A DNA stretch of 63,865 nucleotides, counting the filler, from Myxococcota bacterium (GTDB lineage: Bacteria > Myxococcota_C > UBA6777): the NCBI GenBank assembly GCA_023150835.1. It is 3 parts of 3 records of this genome, joined end to end, with 100 filler letters (N's around TTAATTAATTAA, not from the genome) between each part and the next. Parts side by side here need not be neighbours in the genome. Positions count along the whole stretch, not along the records: positions 43,775 to 63,865 come from JAKLKB010000127.1; 2 more parts are not named here. The stretch is one strand, 5' to 3'. Positions within the stretch are counted from its first letter, which is position 1. Each line of letters begins with the position of its first letter. Position numbers and translations under genes: made by a program. Shown one piece after another: positions 55,511 through 63,865 of this stretch. The notes below the pieces were generated by a model. That model saw nothing but the letters and a program-made list of their open reading frames with translations, did no database searches and was not told the DNA's origin.

Positions 55511-57754
55511 ATGCGTACTTTGGTGATGATGCGTGGAGCCCCGGGTGTGGGCAAAAGCACCTTTTTGCGCGAACAAGGGCTTCAAGCCTTTACGCTTTGC
55601 CCTGACGATTACCGCCTTCGCTTGGCTGGAATCGAGATCACTCCCGAAGGTGATCTCGGGATCTCCCAAAGCAAGGACGGTTTGGTGTGGACTTCGTTAT
55701 GGGCCGATGTTGAAGCCAAGATGCGACGCGGTGAATTCATCGTGTTGGATGCCACTTTCCAACGCGGACGCGACTTCAAAGACGCGCTCGATCTCGGCGC
55801 AAAGTACGGCTACAACCTTCACGGCATCGACTTTACACACATCCCGATCGAGATCGCCCTCGAACGCAACCGCCAACGCGAATCTTACAAGATCGTTCCT
55901 GAATTTGTAATCACACGCGCTTATGAAAACTTTGCCAACAACCCCAATCCTCCGCGCATCCAATGGCATACACCAGAAGAGTTCGCACAACGCCCCCTCT
56001 GCAAGGCCCTTGATGTCCCGATCGTGGATCTTTCCGATTACAAGGCCGTGATCCATGTAGGCGATGTCCATAGCTGTTTTGAACCGCTCGCAGAATTCTT
56101 CAAAGAGGGATTCCATGACGATTGTTATTATCTCTTTTTGGGAGATTTTCTGGATCGCGGACTCCATACCAAAGAAGTGATTCAATGGGTACAAAGCCAC
56201 TTGCTTGATAAAGAAAATATCTCGATCATCTACGGAAATCACGAACTTTATTTGCGCGATATGCTCTTGGGCCATCCGATCCACTACACCGAGTTTACCC
56301 ATATTACGCAACCCGCCCTCCAAGACGCAGGGATCGGCTCCGAAGAGATTACGCGGCTTTTGCAGCAGCTCAAGGACGTGGTGTTGTACCAGTATGGTGA
56401 CAAGCGGGTGGTGGTAAATCACGGCGGGATCCCTCGACTCCCCGACACGCTTCTGCCGATCCCCTCCGAGATCTTCTGGAAAGGTGCGGGAGTTTACGAT
56501 CACCCCGTCGATCAAGTCTTTCACGACAACATGACCAGCCAAGGCTGGATACAGATACACGGCCATCGCAATGCTCAAAAACTCCCGATCCTCGCTACGC
56601 CTCATTCGTACAATCTCGAAGGACTGATCGAACAGGGCGGCCATCTGCGGATCTTGACCTTTTACCAAGACGGTCGCACCGAAGCCACCGAGATCAAAAA
56701 CAACACCTTTCGCGATCCACGCATCGAAGCGCTGGGTCTGATCCAAGGCGAACCGAGCGGCTTTATGGACCCTGCGCTGTTGGTACAACTCGAAAACCAC
56801 GACATGGTACGCGCCAAGCGTTTTGAAAGCACCCCACAGATCCGCAGCTTTAACTTCACTTCCAAAGCCTTCTATTCGCGCCAATGGGACGAGATCAATA
56901 CCCTCGCACGTGGCCTATTTGTCGGAGATGATGGGCGGATCGTGGCTCGATCTTACGAAAAATTCTTTAACCTCCACGAACGCCCCGAAACACAGATCTC
57001 CGCCCTCGAAACCAGCCTTGTCTTTCCTCTCACGCTCTGGGTCAAAGAAAACGGATTTCTCGGGATCTTAGGATACAATCACTTTGAAGATGTGCTGTTT
57101 TTTGCTTCCAAAAGCACGCCTGATGGCGAATATGCCGATGCCTTTCGGCGACTATTTGAGCAGATGCTCTCCAAAGAGACACGCCGCCTTTGCAAAGAGA
57201 TCTTACGCAAACAAAACCTCAGCCTTGTCTTTGAAGTGATCGAACCGACATGGGATCCCCACCCCATCGCCTACGACAAGCCCCAATTGATCCTGCTCGA
57301 CGGCATCTACCGCGAAGCTTCGTTTCGCAAACTCGAACAAGCCAAGTTGGTGTACCTCGGCAAAACGCTCGGGCTACCGATCAAAGAGCGCGGCCCAAGT
57401 CTGCGCGACTGGTCCCAATTCATCGGCTGGTACAACGCCGTCCAAGAGCAAGGGCGTAACTATCGCTATCGAAGCCGTCAGATCGAGGGATTCGTCGTCG
57501 AAGACGCCGAAGGATTCCAGTTCAAGATCAAACTACCCTATTACAGCTTTTGGAAGCGTATGCGCAGCCTCAAAGACAAGCTCCGCGCCTACCGACAGCG
57601 CGACAAAGATATCACCGACTTGGAAGACTACACCAGCGGAGATCCCGAAGCCGAAGCCTTTTTCGCTTGGATACGCGAACAAACCGACGAGACCCTTGCG
57701 CTGGATATCGTCGCACTACGCGCACAATTTCACACCGCGATGCAACAAACCTAG
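55511..57754 (+). CDS. Trifunctional polynucleotide kinase - metallophosphoesterase - Rnl1-type RNA ligase
   Basis: P-loop GAPGVGKST. Calcineurin-like motifs GDVH, GDFLDRG, GNHE, HGG, HGH. Ligase motifs ARGLF, KFFN, KENG (motif I), FASKS, FEVI, EGFVV, FKIK. Confidence 0.88.
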   Translation: MRTLVMMRGAPGVGKSTFLREQGLQAFTLCPDDYRLRLAGIEITPEGDLGISQSKDGLVWTSLWADVEAKMRRGEFIVLDATFQRGRDFKDALDLGAKYGYNLHGIDFTHIPIEIALERNRQRESYKIVPEFVITRAYENFANNPNPPRIQWHTPEEFAQRPLCKALDVPIVDLSDYKAVIHVGDVHSCFEPLAEFFKEGFHDDCYYLFLGDFLDRGLHTKEVIQWVQSHLLDKENISIIYGNHELYLRDMLLGHPIHYTEFTHITQPALQDAGIGSEEITRLLQQLKDVVLYQYGDKRVVVNHGGIPRLPDTLLPIPSEIFWKGAGVYDHPVDQVFHDNMTSQGWIQIHGHRNAQKLPILATPHSYNLEGLIEQGGHLRILTFYQDGRTEATEIKNNTFRDPRIEALGLIQGEPSGFMDPALLVQLENHDMVRAKRFESTPQIRSFNFTSKAFYSRQWDEINTLARGLFVGDDGRIVARSYEKFFNLHERPETQISALETSLVFPLTLWVKENGFLGILGYNHFEDVLFFASKSTPDGEYADAFRRLFEQMLSKETRRLCKEILRKQNLSLVFEVIEPTWDPHPIAYDKPQLILLDGIYREASFRKLEQAKLVYLGKTLGLPIKERGPSLRDWSQFIGWYNAVQEQGRNYRYRSRQIEGFVVEDAEGFQFKIKLPYYSFWKRMRSLKDKLRAYRQRDKDITDLEDYTSGDPEAEAFFAWIREQTDETLALDIVALRAQFHTAMQQT

Positions 57755-57997
57755 CGCAAACGCCTCGCCATACGAGATCCGCCCGTAGTGTGATCGCAAG
57801 GATGCAGGGGCAGACAGATGTGTCTGCCCCACAATAGGACCCGATGGGGCAGAGGAGCATCACCTTCATCTGATCGGCAGACCCCTGTATCTGCCCAACA
57901 ATAGGGCGTCGACGTACTCTCGTTTGCTGTGTACACCACTCGGATATCGTATAAGTCCGATGTTGTATGAAAAGGGTGGGGGAAGGGCAGGGGAGAT

Positions 57998-59254
57998 TTA
58001 GGAGCGAGGAGAGCGGGAAGAGGCGGTCGATGCGGCGTGTTCGCTATGTTGTTTGGAGGGATGGATCACCTCGGCCACACGGCCATTGCGATCGAAGGTG
58101 TAGCGGATGCCCGCCCATCGGAGATCACGGGCATAAACACTGCGCAACAAACAGACCGCAGCGATCAGATCTCCCACCATACACCCTTTGATCCAAGTCC
58201 AGTTGAAAAAGTCCGAAGATCGGCGGATCAGCGCTTGTGCGATGTTCATCAACACAAGGTAGAGATAGAAAAAAACACAGATCCATCCCGCACGTTGGGA
58301 GACTTCGCTTGTGCCAAACAGCAACAACAGTGGCCCGCTCAAGATCAGGGTGGCTTGTACCAAGTTGCCCAGCACAGCGACTTGCCACACAAGACGTCGG
58401 TGGTAGCGCATGAACAGGATCTGGCGTGTAAACCAATGGATCAGATTGGAGACGGCGGGCATACGGGTTGGGATATCCGACGGCAGATCGGGTAAGGGAT
58501 ACACCAACAACTGCTGATCGGAAGGCGCTTTTTGATTGAAGATCTCGATGCGCTCATACAGGGCGATATCGTCCACCACAGTCGAAGACCATGTTGCGGT
58601 TCCGTCAATCTTTTCGAGGGTTTCTCGCCAGATCGCAAAGGTTCCTCCCCACAGCGCCGTAATCGCCATCACATAACGCGCTTGAAACGTCGTATACGCG
58701 GCCTCCATCCCTTGTGCATAAGTTGGTTGGGAGATGCGTCCGCTCGGCAAGCCCGTCACGATATAGCGCGGCCCCAAGGTCAACGGCTGCATCAGCGACT
58801 TGAGCCAATGCGACTCGGTCAATACATCGGCATCCGCAAAAGCAAACACCTCGCTCTCGGTGTCATCTTGCATCGCCACCAACAGGTTATGGTTCTTTTG
58901 CCCGCAGCGTTGGGCCAATCCAGCGACTTTGTGCCGCAGGTGCGGATGCCGCTGCGCCGCTGCACGAAGCAAAGGAACCGCCCCATCTTCGTCAGACTCC
59001 GTGACAAACGTCACACAAAAGCGGCTGGGATATTCTTGTGTGGCAAAAGCCTCGATCACCTGCTCAAGGCGCTCACTTCGGCCTTTGCAAGGCACAAACA
59101 AATGCACTGTGGGATACGCTGTTCCCTGAAGAAAGCGCGGCTTGTAAAGGTGCGGATACAGAAAACGCGCATACAGGATGGCTTTGAACAAGGTGACGAT
59201 CTGAACGGTCCCCATAATCAAGGCACATAGGACGATAAGATGGATGATGGACAC
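57998..59254 (-). CDS. GT-A fold glycosyltransferase, GT2/GT21 (ceramide glucosyltransferase / HpnI-like)
   Basis: N-terminal TM helix, VPCKG, QKNHNL, FADAD, WGG, VDD, WFTRQ, C-terminal TM helices and W.G..Y. Confidence 0.85.
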   Translation of the reverse strand: MSIIHLIVLCALIMGTVQIVTLFKAILYARFLYPHLYKPRFLQGTAYPTVHLFVPCKGRSERLEQVIEAFATQEYPSRFCVTFVTESDEDGAVPLLRAAAQRHPHLRHKVAGLAQRCGQKNHNLLVAMQDDTESEVFAFADADVLTESHWLKSLMQPLTLGPRYIVTGLPSGRISQPTYAQGMEAAYTTFQARYVMAITALWGGTFAIWRETLEKIDGTATWSSTVVDDIALYERIEIFNQKAPSDQQLLVYPLPDLPSDIPTRMPAVSNLIHWFTRQILFMRYHRRLVWQVAVLGNLVQATLILSGPLLLLFGTSEVSQRAGWICVFFYLYLVLMNIAQALIRRSSDFFNWTWIKGCMVGDLIAAVCLLRSVYARDLRWAGIRYTFDRNGRVAEVIHPSKQHSEHAASTASSRSPRS

Positions 59255-59275
59255 GACGTCTTTTCCTTTTCGCTT

Positions 59276-61801
59276 CTATGCCGAACGATCCGGCGAAAGA
59301 GAATGAGATTCCACCGCTGGTTCTGCTGGAGACGCGATCAAGTGTTCATACTTTCTCGCAGAGGCCCGTGCGTACAGGGCCATCACCACACCGATCAACG
59401 AAGGCGTGATCACCAACGCCGTCACCAAGCCGCTAAAGATCCCAAGAACTGCCAACAGGCCCAATTGCTGTAATCCCGGGTGCATCAGGGGAATCAATGC
59501 CCCAAAACCGATCATGGATGTAAACGCCGCCAACAAGATCGCCATCAATACGCTTCGCGTACTCTCCACCACCGAACCACGGCCATCTTCATCCCAACGG
59601 TGGAAGATATACACACAATGATCGATGCCCAACCCAAGCGTCACAGGCAGCGCCATCACGTTGAACGCATTGAGACGCAGACCAAACGCCCAGATCAAAC
59701 CCAGCAGCATAAACAGCCCCGCCACCAGCGGAGCCAACACCAACGGAAGCGCAAGCAGTTGGCGGCGAAAACCGACCAACAGCACCAACACGATCACCAA
59801 AAACGCCAACCCAACGGCCCTCGGACCATCTCGCCCGATCAACCAAAACATATCCGCCAGCACCATATTCGAGTCGCCGAGGATCACCTGCTTGTCATCG
59901 ACGCTTTGCTTGATCTCTTTGAGTTCACGGCTCAACAGGATCGCGTTGTTGAGTTGCATGGGATTGATCCCGGGCGTCAAAAACATCAGCGGCTTGTTGC
60001 CGCCCAAACCATCGCGCACACTCGCAGGCAGATCTTCTAACTTGTAAGGTTTCGCACGCGCCATCGTACGGAATCGCTTCAACAACGCAAGCTCTTTTTC
60101 ATAATCATCCCGATCCAACGAGCGAAACGCCTTATCACCCAACAAAGCATCGATCTGGCGCAACAACGGCAGGTGTTCTTCGGGGCGTTCTGGCACCAAC
60201 GAAAGCTGCGAGATGACCGAGCCAATCGAAGACCAACGCTTCTTTTGCAACGCTTCATCGATCTGGTTTTGTGCTTTGCGCAAGGCTTCCCACGAAGAAA
60301 ACAACATCACGCCGGGTTCTGCTTCGCCAAAAAACACATCGCGCTTGAGCCGATCGTACACCCGCACCGCTTCGCTTCGGGTCACAAGGTTCCACACATC
60401 GTCGTCGAACTGGATGCGCCCCGACAGCAGCACAAACAGGCCCCACGAAGACAGGCCCACACACAATACCACACCAAACACCCAAACACGCGTACGCACA
60501 GGCATGATCGATTTTTTTGCACGCTCATCTTTGGGCTTCGCCACGATCGGAGCGTGCTGCCCCATCAAGATCGTGAGCGTCGGGAAAACAATCAAAAAAG
60601 CAATCAAATTCAGGATCATCCCCACACCCGCAACCATCCCAAACTGATTCAGCCCCTTAAAGTCCGTCAGCATGATCACCAAAAAAGCACCCGCCGAAGT
60701 AAATACCGCGATACTTCCGGCCTTTCCAGTACTCAACAGCGTCTCTTTCAACGCCTCCGTTAGCCCAAAGCCCCGTTCCCGTAGCTGCATATAGTGCATG
60801 AAAAAGTGGATGCCCATGTCGATCCCAAGACCAAACAAGATCGCCACAATAAAGGCTGTGATCGCGTTGATCTCTCCACCCGCCAGCCAATACGCCACCC
60901 CTGCCGTCCAAGCTACCCCCACAAGCAACGGCGTGCCGATCAACAAGATCGAGCGTTTTCGCCGCGTGTACAAAACCAACAGCAAAAAGATCCCCGTCAA
61001 CGAGATCGTGGACGCCAAGCCGATCTGTTGGTTGAGTGAGTCATCTTCTTCCAAACGCACCGTGTATCGGCCACTATAATGGATCTTGATCGACGAAGAC
61101 GTTGGCATCGCCTTTCGCGCACGCTGTTCGGCCACCCGCATCTGCGAAACCATCTTGCGAATAAATCCGATGTCGTTCTCCAACCCTTTTGGCTGCACCA
61201 GCAACACCGCTAACGTGCCTTCGCGATTTGTGATCATGCCATCGCCTGCAAGCACTTCGCGAGACAAACCATAGCGCTTCAACAGATCGTCCACTTCCAA
61301 GTTTGGCAGAGCCTTCTTCGCGGGTTCATCCCCCAAATCCACAAACATCGGATTGCGACGACGCACCTCGCGGCGAACTTCGTCACGCAGTTTTTCAACA
61401 CGTTTCACAAGCACCGCAAGATCCGCCTTTTTCATCAAGTACAACGCCCGCTGTTGCACAAACGGATCAACCTTGTAATAGCGCAAACTGCGCACCACTT
61501 CGGTTTGCTTTTCCACTTCTTTCCCGAGCACTTTGACCATCTGCGCGACTTGCTTTTTGTCTTGGCCTTCCACCGCCAAGATCACAAACCCCAACCCCCC
61601 TACGCGCTTGGTGATCTGATCAAACCCACGCACCGACTCGTAATGCTCGGGAAGAAAAGCCGCAAAATCGCTACGTATCCGAAGTCCTGTCGCGCTATAC
61701 GCCGCAATTAACACCGAGATCAGCACGAATCCAAGGACCGGCCAAGGGCGTGGTTCGATCCAATCCACCCACGCCTCGATCCAACGCCTCTGTTTCGTCA
61801 T
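59276..61801 (-). CDS. MMPL/RND family lipid exporter (HpnN-like)
   Basis: Two RND halves, with ILFGLGIDMGIHF and VTLGLGIDHCVYIFHR, T/S..GF..L and HPGL..LG motifs. Confidence 0.9.
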   Translation of the reverse strand: MTKQRRWIEAWVDWIEPRPWPVLGFVLISVLIAAYSATGLRIRSDFAAFLPEHYESVRGFDQITKRVGGLGFVILAVEGQDKKQVAQMVKVLGKEVEKQTEVVRSLRYYKVDPFVQQRALYLMKKADLAVLVKRVEKLRDEVRREVRRRNPMFVDLGDEPAKKALPNLEVDDLLKRYGLSREVLAGDGMITNREGTLAVLLVQPKGLENDIGFIRKMVSQMRVAEQRARKAMPTSSSIKIHYSGRYTVRLEEDDSLNQQIGLASTISLTGIFLLLVLYTRRKRSILLIGTPLLVGVAWTAGVAYWLAGGEINAITAFIVAILFGLGIDMGIHFFMHYMQLRERGFGLTEALKETLLSTGKAGSIAVFTSAGAFLVIMLTDFKGLNQFGMVAGVGMILNLIAFLIVFPTLTILMGQHAPIVAKPKDERAKKSIMPVRTRVWVFGVVLCVGLSSWGLFVLLSGRIQFDDDVWNLVTRSEAVRVYDRLKRDVFFGEAEPGVMLFSSWEALRKAQNQIDEALQKKRWSSIGSVISQLSLVPERPEEHLPLLRQIDALLGDKAFRSLDRDDYEKELALLKRFRTMARAKPYKLEDLPASVRDGLGGNKPLMFLTPGINPMQLNNAILLSRELKEIKQSVDDKQVILGDSNMVLADMFWLIGRDGPRAVGLAFLVIVLVLLVGFRRQLLALPLVLAPLVAGLFMLLGLIWAFGLRLNAFNVMALPVTLGLGIDHCVYIFHRWDEDGRGSVVESTRSVLMAILLAAFTSMIGFGALIPLMHPGLQQLGLLAVLGIFSGLVTALVITPSLIGVVMALYARASARKYEHLIASPAEPAVESHSLSPDRSA

Positions 61802-61947
61802 ACAAGCCTCCCGCCGTCCTGTTGAACGGGCTTCCTTGCCCTTCACAGTCCGCACGTTTGTAACACGCTGCGCGATATCCACACAACTTCACAGCGACAA
61901 CGCGGGCCTTTCCCCCCTGCTGTAGCCTCCGGAGATGAGCGACTCGC

Positions 61948-63171
61948 TCAAAATCCCATCAAACCACAGCAGCGACGACACACGGGCATCGGTCCATCTT
62001 GAGAGATCGACGTACGAAACTTCCGCGCCTTCTCGTTGTTCCACAATTCTTTGATCGGTGTGTCTTTGATGTTTCCGATCTCATAATCGTGATAATCCCG
62101 ACAAAAACTGGCGTCGCCGTTGCTGTCGAGTTCCAACGTCATAAAGATGCTAACGCACTGATTGTAGCCAAACGTCTCCTTGTGATCGGTATAATAGCGC
62201 TTGACTTCGTCCGGGCTTTTCAGTTCGGGCATCATCATCGGAGGACATTTCCCCCCATTATCCGCCGATATCTTCAACAGCTCTTGGTATTTGTCATAGA
62301 TCGGAGCGTGATCAAAGTCTTTCCAAGAGCCGATCCATCCGTAATGCGTCGAGGGTTCAAAACCAAAACGGCGCTTGAAATCTTCGGTGTGTTCGTTGGC
62401 GGACTCTGCATCGATCCACCACGTCGGGTAAAACATATGCGCGTCAGCGTATTTCGCCACAAACTTGTACAGATCCGCCACCACATCGACGTTATACGCC
62501 GTAATACAGCTAATCGGCACGATATAAGGGTAAAACAGGTCGCGCTCTTTCTTCTTGGCGCTCAATACATCCAACGCTTCTTGGACAGACTTGAAGTTGT
62601 TGTGATTCTTTGCAACACCCGGGCGTTGTGTGTTGTGGATCTCTTCGTTTGGACCGTCCACGCTAAGATGCAAGATCTTGCATGTCTCCAAGATATCATC
62701 CGCATACTTCGCGATATTCGTACCGTTGCTCACCAGAGAGATCGCCATACCGCGATCTTTGATGTAGTGCAAAAGCTCGATAATTCCGGGGTACAACATC
62801 GGCTCACCGCCCCAAAAGTACCAGATCGGACGCCACCCCGCATCCACCACCTCATCCACCACCCGCTTGTACACTTCCAACGGAATCTCTTGTGCCTTCA
62901 ACTCTTTCAGCGATTTCCCCACCAAGTAGCCGTTGTCTCCCCATTGACCGCAGGTATGGCAACGCAGGTTGCACATGTCTGTGATCCGAATCCCGATCAG
63001 CTGGATCTCGTCGCCTGTCCCATTCTTGGGCTTGAAAAAATGGCGGAAATTGAAGGTCTCTTTGGCGATCTGATAGCGAGCAAGCGAATAGGACGTGCGA
63101 AAATCCTTTCGCGCCGCTGTGATCAACTGATTCATAAAAAAACGGCTCGACACTCGGCTTCTTTGTGGCAT
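61948..63171 (-). CDS. Radical SAM / SPASM(twitch) domain protein
   Basis: CNLRCHTC motif, WGGEPM, SNGT, SVDG, C-terminal C...C..Y.IGNI......LWN...CRRCC. AGAGGA RBS upstream of ATG 63171. Confidence 0.92.
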   Translation of the reverse strand: MPQRSRVSSRFFMNQLITAARKDFRTSYSLARYQIAKETFNFRHFFKPKNGTGDEIQLIGIRITDMCNLRCHTCGQWGDNGYLVGKSLKELKAQEIPLEVYKRVVDEVVDAGWRPIWYFWGGEPMLYPGIIELLHYIKDRGMAISLVSNGTNIAKYADDILETCKILHLSVDGPNEEIHNTQRPGVAKNHNNFKSVQEALDVLSAKKKERDLFYPYIVPISCITAYNVDVVADLYKFVAKYADAHMFYPTWWIDAESANEHTEDFKRRFGFEPSTHYGWIGSWKDFDHAPIYDKYQELLKISADNGGKCPPMMMPELKSPDEVKRYYTDHKETFGYNQCVSIFMTLELDSNGDASFCRDYHDYEIGNIKDTPIKELWNNEKARKFRTSISQDGPMPVCRRCCGLMGF

Positions 63172-63740
63172 GAGGGTTCCTCTTTGATCTACGAAAGTAA
63201 TGCGTCCAAGATGCTTTTCACGCCGCATCTTCGCGTCCATTCGGACTTTACGCAAAACACAAACATCGAACGGGTGCGTTGTTCGACTTCCGCGCACGAA
63301 ACGCCCCACAGCATAGGAGGCTCCGCCGCCAAAGTCCAATCTTTCAATCGCTTGTCTATCTATTCGATCAACGTCCGAAACGCAAGAGACTTGCTCTTGC
63401 TGGTGTTTTTTCGCCCCCATGCACGGAGTGTGCCCCGCTCTTTTGCGTCTCCCCTATCCACCAACAAATCCACAACACGCTTCCTACACCGCCACACTGT
63501 GCGCCCCTCCTCTGTTGAAGAACCACCACACTCCTTCCCTTCGCTACTCCTGCTTTGGTGCGCAAACACTCCATCCACCGCGAATTGGCTTTCGCACCCT
63601 GCTTCCCCTAGCATCTCGCCTCTCCCCAAACCATCTTGCTTTGCAACGTCTTTTTCGCGTAATCATCTTGCTTTGCAACGTCTTTTTCGCGTAATACGAA
63701 ATCCGCCCATCGTGCGCTCGTAAAGATGTAGGGGCAGCCC

Positions 63741-63865
63741 CCATACGCGCCTTGTTAAGGTGGAAACACCGGATAGTCTAGCCTGATCGCCGTTTCTTTT
63801 GTCGCCCCCCCTCAATCCCCCCGTGAACGGGGGGAAGTTGGAACGGGCAGCGTCTGCGCGTCGTG
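63741..63865. mobile_element. Left part of MITE-like family A element at the window end
   Basis: Matches 43539-43665. The last 61 nt are identical to positions 1-61. Confidence 0.6.

Noticed and set aside
61999-63723. Long plus-strand 574-aa ORF and similar antisense ORFs (e.g. 7320-8285, 14723-15973, 48690-49790, 55697-56884)
   Set aside because: They are shadows of well-supported opposite-strand genes in GC-rich DNA and contain no recognisable motifs.
1-63865. Circular element (plasmid or phage) suggested by identical window ends
   Set aside because: The window is three joined contigs of chromosomal-type genes, and the matching ends fall in a multi-copy repeat. No replication or virion genes were seen.

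Overview
The window is three assembly contigs (1-21933, 22034-43674, 43775-63865) joined by artificial 100-nt N/TTAATTAATTAA/N linkers, so linkage across the joins cannot be assumed. The gene content is bacterial and looks myxobacterial (Myxococcota-like, by inference): eukaryote-like Ser/Thr kinases with long Pro-rich tails, Cys-rich lipoprotein signals, and many GC-rich REP/MITE repeats. The main finding is a diversity-generating retroelement (DGR) on the minus strand of contig 2: avd (40692-41087), reverse transcriptase (39699-40695), an AAC-rich template repeat (TR, 39573-39686) and a structured spacer RNA. This copy appears to be decaying: the RT is frameshifted next to a YMDD-to-CMDD active site, the downstream FGE-sulfatase/C-type-lectin (CLec) gene has a TGG-to-TGA stop in its variable region (VR), and the upstream caspase-like gene is truncated. 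The window holds three FGE/CLec paralogues. One is a SHOCT-kinase-TM-CLec receptor whose 3' end differs from the TR mostly at adenines, suggesting a hypermutable receptor kinase driven by a sister TR elsewhere. Other content includes a kinase/pseudokinase pair, tonB-exbD-exbB, trmK with tandem repeats at both ends, a SecA lacking the SEC-C motif, a trifunctional kinase-phosphoesterase-Rnl1 RNA repair enzyme, a radical SAM-MMPL-GT2 lipid cluster, two pairs of tandem uncharacterised paralogues, and a wHTH regulator operon with four palindromic operators over its promoter. No rRNA, tRNA or CRISPR array was found. All counts were made by hand and product calls rest on motif recognition, not database searches.
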